A program made the position numbers and the translations under genes. From Candidatus Magasanikbacteria bacterium CG11_big_fil_rev_8_21_14_0_20_39_34 (GTDB taxonomy: Bacteria > Patescibacteriota > Patescibacteriia > Magasanikbacterales > UBA922): a stretch of DNA of 63,909 nucleotides. Below the pieces are notes generated by a model. The model was not told where the DNA came from, ran no database searches, and worked only from the letters and a program-made list of their open reading frames with translations. This document shows positions 42,367-50,722 of this stretch, in pieces; the first letter of the stretch is position 1, and each line of letters starts with the position of its first letter. The stretch is from assembly GCA_002787355.1 (NCBI GenBank), contig PCWN01000011.1:121101-185009 (forward strand), in the 5' to 3' direction.

Positions 42367-43467
42367 ATGAAAAAAAGTCTTATTTCAATTACCGTATTAT
42401 TGAGTACCCTTCTTTTTATGGGGTCGGGGTGTTTTAGCCTTGGACCGGAAGATCCAAACCAGCAGCCGCCAAGAACTGGTCCTGGAGGAATGTTTGTTTC
42501 AGAAGATAAGGGAGAAACCTGGACAGCCATTTCTCGAATTCCAAGGGCAGATGGAGTGAAGAGCCTTCGGGGTGTTTCTGTATACAAATTAGTCCAAGAT
42601 CCAAGTGATACGGAGGCAATGTATTGGGCTGCTCCAGGGTTGGGTATGTACTATACCTATGATGGTGGGGTTACCTGGCAACAATCTCCTCAGGTGAAAA
42701 AAGGTCTCATTTATAATATTGCGATTCATCCAAAGGATAAATGTACCGTTTATATAACAGATGGAATTAAAATTTATGTATCCAATGATTGTTCACGTCA
42801 TTGGAAAGGAATTCATGATAATATTGCCGCAGATAGCGATAAATATCGAACCGTTATTATCGATCCATTTCATACGGATAGGATGACTATCATTTCTCAA
42901 AAGGGAAGAGTATTGAGAAGTGATAATCGTGGATTTTCTTGGGATAGTATTGCCACCATAAAAAGTGGAATCAGTGTGGTAGATGCCTACTATGATCCTA
43001 TGAATGAAGATGTTATGTATGCTACCACCAAGACAAAAGGGTTATTCCGAAGTGATGATGGGGGGTTGACGTGGAGTGCTCTTCTTGATAACCTACGCCA
43101 ATATCGAGGTGCAAATGAATTCCGACGCTTCTATATGCACAAAAGCAAGCCAGATGTCCTATTCTGGATATCAAAATATGGAATTCTCCGTTCTGACGAT
43201 AGAGGAGAGACATGGTCTGCCTATGACTTGGTAACGGCTCCTGGGGTTGCAAGTATTTATGCATTTGAAATCAACCCAAAAAATGATCAAGAAATATACT
43301 ACACCGCAGCAGTAGGAAACAAATCAAGTCTTTATTACTCTGCAGATGGAGGAGTCCATTGGTTTACCAAGAAGCTTCCGTCAGATCAAATTCCAAGCAT
43401 TCTCCTTCTTCATCCAGAAAAAGAAAATAAACTTTATTTAGGATTTACCATCCCAGCAACAAATTAA
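42367..43467 (+). CDS. Lipoprotein with BNR/Asp-box beta-propeller repeats (Ycf48/sialidase-like fold)
   Basis: Lipobox LLFMGSGC. Seven SxDxGxTW-like boxes: SEDKGETW, TYDGGVTW, SNDCSRHW, SDNRGFSW, SDDGGLTW, SDDRGETW, SADGGVHW. Confidence 0.75.
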   Translation: MKKSLISITVLLSTLLFMGSGCFSLGPEDPNQQPPRTGPGGMFVSEDKGETWTAISRIPRADGVKSLRGVSVYKLVQDPSDTEAMYWAAPGLGMYYTYDGGVTWQQSPQVKKGLIYNIAIHPKDKCTVYITDGIKIYVSNDCSRHWKGIHDNIAADSDKYRTVIIDPFHTDRMTIISQKGRVLRSDNRGFSWDSIATIKSGISVVDAYYDPMNEDVMYATTKTKGLFRSDDGGLTWSALLDNLRQYRGANEFRRFYMHKSKPDVLFWISKYGILRSDDRGETWSAYDLVTAPGVASIYAFEINPKNDQEIYYTAAVGNKSSLYYSADGGVHWFTKKLPSDQIPSILLLHPEKENKLYLGFTIPATN

Positions 43468-43470
43468 TAT

Positions 43471-44022
43471 ATGCTTACGATTCACTCATACAAGGAAGAA
43501 TTTGATAAATCCATTACCTTTTTACGACAAGATATCTCTACACTGCGTACTGGACGTGCAACTCCGGCACTTGTAGAAGATATTCCTGTGGTTGCCTATG
43601 GAACAAAACAGCCTCTGAAGGCAGTTGCATCCATCTCTGTGGCAGACGCCAAGACGATAAATGTGGAACCTTGGGATAAATCACTCATCAATGATATTGA
43701 TAAATCTATTCGTGAAGGAAATTTGGGTTTTAATCCGGTTAATGATGGAAAGCTTATACGTATCCCTCTCCCAGAATTAAACTCAGAGCGTCGTGCAGAG
43801 CTTATTAAAGTTCTTCATAATAAACTTGAAAGTGCACGAATTTCCATTCGAAAAATTCGAGAAGAAGTAAAAAAACAAGTAGATGCCGCTTTTAAAAACA
43901 AAGAAGTGGCCGAAGATGAAAAATTTCAGATGGAAGATGATCTTGAAAAGCTTGTGAAAGAATATAACATGCAAATAAAAGAAATAGGTGAGAAGAAGGA
44001 AGTTGAAATTAACACCGTATAA
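43471..44022 (+). CDS. frr: Ribosome recycling factor
   Basis: LSTLRTGRATPALVEDI.V.AYG, LGFNPVNDGKLIRIPLPELNSERR. Confidence 0.95.
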   Translation: MLTIHSYKEEFDKSITFLRQDISTLRTGRATPALVEDIPVVAYGTKQPLKAVASISVADAKTINVEPWDKSLINDIDKSIREGNLGFNPVNDGKLIRIPLPELNSERRAELIKVLHNKLESARISIRKIREEVKKQVDAAFKNKEVAEDEKFQMEDDLEKLVKEYNMQIKEIGEKKEVEINTV

Positions 44023-44041
44023 AACGTGAGTAAGAAAGTTT

Positions 44042-44497
44042 ATGAAAATTGTTTTACAAAAAGTAAAACGAAGTTCTGTCGAAGTAAAAGGAAAAATCGT
44101 CGGTGAAATATCCGACGGTTATCTTTTATTGCTCGCTATACATAAAGATGATAGTCAGAAAGACGCTGATATTTTGGTAGAAAAGATACTGAAACTTCGG
44201 TTATTCTCGAGCCCCATGAGTAAAAGTTTTATGGAGCAAAATATTGTGGAATATGGTGGAGGTATTCTCGTGGTTTCACAGTTTACTTTATATGGAGATT
44301 GTACAAAAGGAACACGACCAAGCTTTTCCGACTCTGCTCCTGCGCAACAGGCTGAGGAACTCTATGAATACTTTTTGAAAAAAATTCGTGAGGAATGTGA
44401 TTTGCATCTTGAACATGGTGAGTTTGGCGCACATATGGAGGTAGAACTTATTAATAATGGTCCTATTACATTGGTTCTTGAGAGTGGGGCAGCGTAG
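44042..44497 (+). CDS. dtd: D-aminoacyl-tRNA deacylase
   Basis: MKIVLQKV..., SQFTLYGDCTKGTRPSF, NNGPITLVLE. Confidence 0.9.
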   Translation: MKIVLQKVKRSSVEVKGKIVGEISDGYLLLLAIHKDDSQKDADILVEKILKLRLFSSPMSKSFMEQNIVEYGGGILVVSQFTLYGDCTKGTRPSFSDSAPAQQAEELYEYFLKKIREECDLHLEHGEFGAHMEVELINNGPITLVLESGAA

Positions 44498-44508
44498 TTT
44501 ATGCGGAC

Positions 44509-44537
44509 TTGACTTTTTTGTTCGGTTATTGCACAAT
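44509..44537 (+). promoter_or_regulatory. Promoter of the glyQS T-box leader
   Basis: TTGACT, 17-nt spacer, CACAAT. Confidence 0.45.
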
Positions 44538-44543
44538 GAGAGG

Positions 44544-44694
44544 GTAGGGCATTGATCAGGGGTGGCATCCTGTGAGCCAAAAGACAAAATGACAAGTGAA
44601 ATTTCGGGTGGAACCGCCTCTTTGTAACTTAAATACAAAATGGCCCCGATAGTATTGTGGGAAATACATCTCGTAATACTATCGGGGCTTTTTC
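44544..44694 (+). promoter_or_regulatory. T-box riboswitch leader (glycine-specific) with terminator
   Basis: T-box sequence AAAUUUCGGGUGGAACCGCC (about 44599-44618) with a UGGA bulge. Candidate specifier GGC followed by A in GGUGGCAUCC (about 44561-44570). Terminator is gccccgatagtatt (44643-44656) / aatactatcggggc (44675-44688) plus ttttt. Confidence 0.8.
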
Positions 44695-44725
44695 ATTCTC
44701 TAAATATAATTGTATGGAAGATATC

Positions 44726-46102
44726 ATGCAAAAGATTGTTTCTCTATGTAAAAGGAGGGGATTTGTTTTCCCAGGATCAGAAATTTATGGGGGACTTGCA
44801 AACAGTTGGGATTATGGTCCTCTTGGGGCACAACTAAGAAAAAATATTAAGGATTCATGGTGGCACACGGCAGTTGAGTCTCGTAGAGATGTGGTTGGTA
44901 TTGATGGAGCACTCATGATGAATACAAAGGTATGGGAGGCTTCAGGTCATGTGGCCACATTTAATGACCCTTTGGTAGAAGATACCGTAACAAATAAGCG
45001 TTATCGCGCAGATCATCTTCTTGAAGATTGGCTCAAAAAAAATGGAAAAGAAGGAACCATCGTGGTAGATGGAATGCCTGTTGAGAAAATGGCTGCGTTT
45101 ATTGCGGAAAATAATATTGTGAGTCCGGACGGAAACCCATTAACCGAGCCAAAGCAGTTTAATCTGATGTTTCAAACTTCCATTGGAACTACCAATGATG
45201 AAAAAAATAAGGTCTATCTGCGACCAGAAACGGCACAGGCAATGTTTGTGGATTTTAAAAACGTTTTGGGAACATCACGAAAGCGACTTCCTTTTGGAAT
45301 AGCTCAAATTGGAAAGGCCTTCAGAAATGAAATTACTCCAGGAAATTTTATTTTTCGAACACTGGAATTTGAAGCCATGGAGATAGAATATTTTATTGAA
45401 GAATCTGGATGGGAAGAGCATTTTGAATATTGGGCAGAGTGGATGGAAAAATGGGCTAAAGACATTGGGATTGATACCAATAAGCTTCACAGATATGAAG
45501 TAGAGGGTGATGCGCTTGCACATTACTCCAAAAGAACTTTGGATTTCTTCTTTGACTTTCCATTTGGTTCAAAAGAATTATGGGGACTTGCATACCGTAC
45601 CGACTTTGATCTTACAAACCATGCCAGTCATTCCGGTGAAAAATTAGAGTATGCGGATCCAGATGATAATAGCAAAAAAATTGTTCCACATGTGGTTGAA
45701 CCTGCAATGGGGGTAGATAGAACGCTTCTTGCATTGATGATATCTGCCTATCATGAGGAGCAAGCAGATGGAGAAACACGAATTGTATTAAAGTTTACTC
45801 CAGAGATGGCGCCCGTGCAGGTTGCCGTCCTCCCACTTATGAAGAAGAATGGAATGTCTGAGACGGCAGAGGGAGTATTTGACTCCATTTCAAACGAATT
45901 TCGTTGTGATTTTGATGAGTCTGGAAGTATTGGAAAAAGATATAGAAGACAGGATGAGATAGGTACGCCTCTTTGTATTACTATTGATCATGATACTCTG
46001 CAGGATGGTAGCGTAACTGTACGTGATCGTGATACAATGGAACAAACAAGAGTAAAAAAAGAAGACCTTTTAGATCTTTTGAAAAAGAAACTTTGCTCAT
46101 AG
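44726..46102 (+). CDS. glyQS: Glycine--tRNA ligase, homodimeric (GlyQS) type
   Basis: MQKIVSLCKRRGFVFPGSEIYGGLANSWDYGPLG, FRNEITPGNFIFRTLEFEAMEIEYF, VEPAMGVDR. The start may be 44714 or 44726. Confidence 0.92.
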   Translation: MQKIVSLCKRRGFVFPGSEIYGGLANSWDYGPLGAQLRKNIKDSWWHTAVESRRDVVGIDGALMMNTKVWEASGHVATFNDPLVEDTVTNKRYRADHLLEDWLKKNGKEGTIVVDGMPVEKMAAFIAENNIVSPDGNPLTEPKQFNLMFQTSIGTTNDEKNKVYLRPETAQAMFVDFKNVLGTSRKRLPFGIAQIGKAFRNEITPGNFIFRTLEFEAMEIEYFIEESGWEEHFEYWAEWMEKWAKDIGIDTNKLHRYEVEGDALAHYSKRTLDFFFDFPFGSKELWGLAYRTDFDLTNHASHSGEKLEYADPDDNSKKIVPHVVEPAMGVDRTLLALMISAYHEEQADGETRIVLKFTPEMAPVQVAVLPLMKKNGMSETAEGVFDSISNEFRCDFDESGSIGKRYRRQDEIGTPLCITIDHDTLQDGSVTVRDRDTMEQTRVKKEDLLDLLKKKLCS

Positions 46103-46476
46103 GCAAAGTTCTGGTAGAAATGGTGAAGCCCGATGTTTTTCACCGGGCGGAAGGCGGGATATTGATTTCAGCCGAAGGGATCAGCGTAGCGGCCCTCGAC
46201 GACTCCCTCGCAGTGGGGGGCCGGGCAGCAGATGCCTCCACCTCGTGTGAGACGGGCATCGAGCCTCTGTTCCGGCCACTCGGTTTGGCATGAACCGCAG
46301 ACGGGGGTCGCGCCAAAGAGGCCGGTCGGTCGCTGCCTTTTGGGCAGGAGGCCGGACACGCCCACGAGGAGCGTGATGGCCTTAGGGGGGTGTTGTAGAG
46401 GCTTCGGAACCTTATGCTTCTTCGACGGCAAGAGAACTTCTCCCCAGGATTGAAATCTCCCGAGATAACTCGGGCG
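46100..46476 (-). ncRNA. Candidate structured RNA or small-ORF transcript (GC-rich island 2)
   Basis: Hand-counted lines give 65-70% GC. It is bracketed on the minus strand by a promoter (46482-46510) and a hairpin plus U-tract (ctttgcctatgagcaaag tttcttttt, about 46090-46112). Several hairpins are visible, e.g. cccgag/ctcggg at 46459-46474 and ctgcc/ggcag at 46333-46347. Confidence 0.45.
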
Positions 46477-46481
46477 CCAGC

Positions 46482-46510
46482 AGTCTACATGATTTTCTTC
46501 AAAAAGTCAA
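46482..46510 (-). promoter_or_regulatory. Sigma70-type promoter on the minus strand driving island 2
   Basis: On the minus strand: TTGACT (46510-46505), 17-nt spacer, TAGACT (46487-46482). Confidence 0.55.
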
Positions 46511-46540
46511 CCTCATAAAATTTTAGGATAAAAAATTGTT

Positions 46541-47797
46541 ATGTATAAAACCTATAAATTGAAAAACAATGCCAATGTTCTTTTGATTCCATTGCAAAAT
46601 ACTGATTCCATTACCACACTTATTATGTATCCGGTGGGGTCTCGATATGAACCGGATAAATTACAGGGTGTTTCTCACTACATTGAGCATCTCATGTTTA
46701 AAGGAACAAAAAAAAGAAAAAACACTCTTACGCTCACACGAGAGATTGATAGGTTGGGTGCTTACTATAATGCTTTTACCGGGAAAGAATATACCGGTTA
46801 TTACATAAAAACAGATAAAAAATTTACAAAAATTTCTTTGGATATCCTCTCTGATATGCTTTTCGAATCAAAATTTGATCCCAAAGAAATGGAAAGAGAA
46901 AAAGGACCCATCGTAGAAGAGTTACGAATGTACAAGGATAATCCAATCATGAACATCGATAATATTTTTGAGGACCTTTTGTTTTCTGGATCCTATCTTG
47001 GACGAGATATTGGTGGAACGGAGAAACACGTCATGAGTTTTAAAAGAAAGGATACGCTTGATTACAAAGAAAAATATTATCAGCCAAGTAACATGTATAT
47101 TGTTGTGGCCGGCAATATTGATGAAAAAACAGAAGAATTGATAGAAACATATTTTGGTACACAAAAAGATACCAAAAAACCTTCAGAAAGCTTTAAACCT
47201 TTTTCATTTGGTCCTTCTGTAAAGAAAGAAAGGCTTGTGGTAGAGCACAAAAAAACAGATCAAGTACAGATGATGCTTGGTTATCCGGGATATAAGTTTA
47301 ATGACAATAAAAATGTCATTCTCGATGTGCTCAATACTATTTTGGGAGGATCTATGAGTTCACGACTTTTTATAAAAATTCGTGAACGAATGGGGCTTGC
47401 ATATACCGTGCGTAGTGATTATGACGTTTTCCGAGACACCGGATATACCTATGTTCGGGCTGGATTGGAGCCAAAAAATATTAATAAAGCCATAAAGGCT
47501 ATAAAAGCGGAAATAGAAAAACTTAAAGAAAAAGGCGTGACGGCATCTGAGTTAAAAGATGCCAAAACACACATTCGTGGAAGCATTACCCTTTCTCTTG
47601 AAGATTCCGCTTCACAGGCAAATTGGTATGCCAAACAGTTTATGTTTGGTTCTATAGATACTCCAGAGATGTATTTGAAAAAAATTGAAAAGGTGACCAA
47701 TGAACAGATTATGAAGGTTGCTCAGCAGACATTTAAAGATACTCAGATGCGGGTTTCCATTATTGGAGATGTGAAAAAAGAAGATGTAATATTTTAG
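46541..47797 (+). CDS. M16-family (pitrilysin/insulinase-like) zinc peptidase
   Basis: Inverted zinc motif HxxEH in GVSHYIEHLMFKGT. Two-lobed length of 418 aa. Confidence 0.85.
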   Translation: MYKTYKLKNNANVLLIPLQNTDSITTLIMYPVGSRYEPDKLQGVSHYIEHLMFKGTKKRKNTLTLTREIDRLGAYYNAFTGKEYTGYYIKTDKKFTKISLDILSDMLFESKFDPKEMEREKGPIVEELRMYKDNPIMNIDNIFEDLLFSGSYLGRDIGGTEKHVMSFKRKDTLDYKEKYYQPSNMYIVVAGNIDEKTEELIETYFGTQKDTKKPSESFKPFSFGPSVKKERLVVEHKKTDQVQMMLGYPGYKFNDNKNVILDVLNTILGGSMSSRLFIKIRERMGLAYTVRSDYDVFRDTGYTYVRAGLEPKNINKAIKAIKAEIEKLKEKGVTASELKDAKTHIRGSITLSLEDSASQANWYAKQFMFGSIDTPEMYLKKIEKVTNEQIMKVAQQTFKDTQMRVSIIGDVKKEDVIF

Positions 47798-47799
47798 GT

Positions 47800-49959
47800 A
47801 TGTTTGAAAGAAGACACAATTTTAATGTTCCATTGGGAGATAAAGAACTTGAAAAACGTCATGAACATGATCCAATCTACAGGCAAGCAAGAGACAAAGA
47901 AGAAGGCGAGTATGTCCGAAGATCACCAGAGGAAATAGCAGAGATTAATAGTTTGGCCAGGCAAAAATTCATGGAGCGTCATTTCTCCGGTATTGATGAA
48001 AGTGTAACTGATCAGATGAAACGATATACGCGACGTTTATCAGATTTGGAGTATGCATTTTCTGAGGGTGACGAATATACCAGAGATCAAGTTGCCGGAA
48101 TTTCAAGAGAAGATTATATTGATGTTGGCGATGCTGTTGTTCAGTACCGCAATATTACAACACCCTTGGGGAGGAAGCGATTTGTGGAAACATTTCTTTC
48201 TAAACATTTTTTACAGAATCCTTCACTTTATTTTGACGTCTGTGCCTTTTGTGATTTGTCAGAGGAAGAAGATCTTCCAGAACGAAATGCTGCTTTAGAA
48301 TTCAAGAAGGCGCTAGGAGAGAATGTTTCTGATTTTGTGGTGAAGCAGAAGATATCTGTTACCGATGTTCCAGAAGGGAGTGTAGATAGGTGGATTGATT
48401 TTGCGAGTGTTTTACCGGATGATAAGGAAGTGGAAACATATATTAATGCAATATTATCAAGTTTTTTAGAGAAAGAAAGAGATCCTGCATCGTTTATGAA
48501 GGCACTTGCTTTTCTTACCACCGAATATACAGCTTCCTATACTCACCCATATAGAATTAAATTTTTACACAGATTTTTTTCCAAAGAAATAAATAAACCA
48601 TCGGGGGCATTTATTGACAAATATATTGGGGCTTTATTTTCAAAGGATGATGCTGTTGTTGCAGAAGCACTGCATGCCGAATTTGCAGTATCATTAATGG
48701 AATATTGTGCAAAACTTTATGAAGATGATCCAAGGACACAGGAGCTATTATCTTTACAGAAAACTGCGGCTCAGAAAGTGAGTGTGGAGATTGAAAAAAT
48801 AATTGAAAAACAAGAGAGAGAAGTTGAAACGGCTGCAGTGAGTGGTCACAAGCCAAGAAAGTTCACAAAAATAAAAAAAAGAAAGGGGCTCTCGAGCACT
48901 GCACAAGGAATTGCTGTTGAGATAACAAAATCAGAGGCATCACCTCGTATTCGGGGTATGTGGGCAGTTTTAGAACATTCTATTCGACCTGAAGTTGATG
49001 CTCGTGGTTCTTACTCTTTTCCAGGAGCTTTGTCATGTGATGCTCGTTATGCCGGAGAACTTATTCGACTTGCTACTGAAGCAAAGATAAACATTCCCGT
49101 TTTTTTGGGAAGTGAACAAGAAGAAGTTTCTTTTTTTGATGGAAAAAAATTAGTAATCCTTCCTATTGATGAGCCACGTCTTTTAGCAACGTCTCGAAAT
49201 GTCATTCATTCAGAAGGTGAACATGAGCAAGCAGATGAATTGATGTTTGAAACCTTTTCAAATACACTTGATATATGGGGGGATGAAAAACTGAAAAAGC
49301 TTGAGAAAAGAGTTTCAGAACTCAAACAGGAAATTCGCTCTGATTTAAAATACCTGGTGAATCCTCGAGGTGATAAAGTTATTATTGAAGATAACGTTCT
49401 TAATAAGGCAGGCTTAAAATCCGTAACTTTCAAAAGAACCAATGGTGGAGGTTACTTCGATTTAGATGTGGATGTAGAAGTGGGACGTTTTACTATTTCG
49501 TGCCAACTCAAAAATGATGATATGCATAGTTTTGCATTGTTTAGTAGAAGAAACGGAAAGGGGATGTCCATTTCCAGGAGAACAGAAGCAATTATTTCAG
49601 AAATTGTTTTAAGTCAACTTCGAGTACTGCTATGTGAAAATGTTCCTCTTCGTGGTACGGATACGGATTCAGAAGGTGGTGTAGAACATACAAGACCAAA
49701 GACACGGAGAGCTCACTTTCGTAAACTCCCTTCTGGGAGTGGTTTTACCGAGTCACAGCGACAAAAGGTTCTCTTTGAAACCGATAACGATATAGACTTG
49801 GCGCTTGTGAATGCGCAGCTTCAGTTGGGACCAGAGGATGGCCAAAAAACGTTTGTAACCGAAGGAGTCTGGGAAACTCTGGACGCTTCTGGAAATGATC
49901 TTCCACCATTGGAGAGAAGTGTTGCCAATGGTTCAAAAATTGCAGCAATTGCCGCTTAG
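47800..49959 (+). CDS. Large cytoplasmic hypothetical protein (719 aa), no recognisable domain
   Basis: Long uninterrupted ORF with composition typical of the host. ATG lies 2 nt after the M16 peptidase stop. No signal peptide or TM segment. Confidence 0.6.
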   Translation: MFERRHNFNVPLGDKELEKRHEHDPIYRQARDKEEGEYVRRSPEEIAEINSLARQKFMERHFSGIDESVTDQMKRYTRRLSDLEYAFSEGDEYTRDQVAGISREDYIDVGDAVVQYRNITTPLGRKRFVETFLSKHFLQNPSLYFDVCAFCDLSEEEDLPERNAALEFKKALGENVSDFVVKQKISVTDVPEGSVDRWIDFASVLPDDKEVETYINAILSSFLEKERDPASFMKALAFLTTEYTASYTHPYRIKFLHRFFSKEINKPSGAFIDKYIGALFSKDDAVVAEALHAEFAVSLMEYCAKLYEDDPRTQELLSLQKTAAQKVSVEIEKIIEKQEREVETAAVSGHKPRKFTKIKKRKGLSSTAQGIAVEITKSEASPRIRGMWAVLEHSIRPEVDARGSYSFPGALSCDARYAGELIRLATEAKINIPVFLGSEQEEVSFFDGKKLVILPIDEPRLLATSRNVIHSEGEHEQADELMFETFSNTLDIWGDEKLKKLEKRVSELKQEIRSDLKYLVNPRGDKVIIEDNVLNKAGLKSVTFKRTNGGGYFDLDVDVEVGRFTISCQLKNDDMHSFALFSRRNGKGMSISRRTEAIISEIVLSQLRVLLCENVPLRGTDTDSEGGVEHTRPKTRRAHFRKLPSGSGFTESQRQKVLFETDNDIDLALVNAQLQLGPEDGQKTFVTEGVWETLDASGNDLPPLERSVANGSKIAAIAA

Positions 49960-49974
49960 TTTTAAACAAAAGTT

Positions 49975-50718
49975 ATGAAATATATCTTTGCCAATTGGAA
50001 AATGTATTTAAGTTTTGATGAATCTTGCATTTTGATGAGTCAACTTTTGCAAGAAAAATCAGAAATGCAAAATGTGGAAGTTGCTATTTTCCCGTCTTCT
50101 ATTTCTTTTTCTGAAATAGAAAAGCTGGCACGGGGTTCACAGTGGAGTTTGGGGGCACAAAATGTTGCTTGGGTAGAAAAAGGGGCCTACACTGGTGCTG
50201 TTTCTGCACAGCTTTTTTCTGAGTTGGGAGCAAAGTATGCTTTAGTTGGGCATTCAGAGAGAAGACATATATTTCATGAAAAAAATGAGGATACACAAAA
50301 AAAGATGTCTGCTTGTTTTGAGGCGGGGCTTATACCGGTTTTATGTATTGGAGAAACACAGGAAGATCTCGAAGCAGGGAAACGCCAATACCGTCTCCAA
50401 AGGCAAATAGATGAAGCACTCATGGGGAATAATATTTCCGAAAGATCTTTCTTCATTGCATACGAACCCGTTTGGGCTATAGGGTCTGGGAGTGCTTGTA
50501 CGGCCTCTGATGCGGAAGATATCATTGGTTGGATAAAACTTCACCTCAAGGACGCTTTGGGAGTGGATAACGTACCTGTGCTTTATGGGGGTAGTGTAGA
50601 CGCTACAAATGTGGTATCCTATACAGCACAGGCTTCTATAGATGGTGTTCTCGTGGGTGGCTGTTCTGCAAAGTTTGACGAGTTTTCCTCTATTTTAAAA
50701 GCCTTTGATGGTGCATAA
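49975..50718 (+). CDS. tpiA: Triosephosphate isomerase
   Basis: ANWKMY, VGHSERR, IAYEPVWAIGSG, YGGSV. Confidence 0.95.
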   Translation: MKYIFANWKMYLSFDESCILMSQLLQEKSEMQNVEVAIFPSSISFSEIEKLARGSQWSLGAQNVAWVEKGAYTGAVSAQLFSELGAKYALVGHSERRHIFHEKNEDTQKKMSACFEAGLIPVLCIGETQEDLEAGKRQYRLQRQIDEALMGNNISERSFFIAYEPVWAIGSGSACTASDAEDIIGWIKLHLKDALGVDNVPVLYGGSVDATNVVSYTAQASIDGVLVGGCSAKFDEFSSILKAFDGA

Positions 50719-50722
50719 GCAT

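Noticed and set aside
46100-46476. Island 2 as RNase P RNA or tmRNA
   Set aside because: The only vague resemblances are GAGGGAGUCGUCG on the minus strand and UUCGACGG on the plus strand. Both are in the wrong position relative to the transcript ends. Neither is accompanied by the partner motifs (a P4 3' strand; a tRNA-like acceptor and T-arm).
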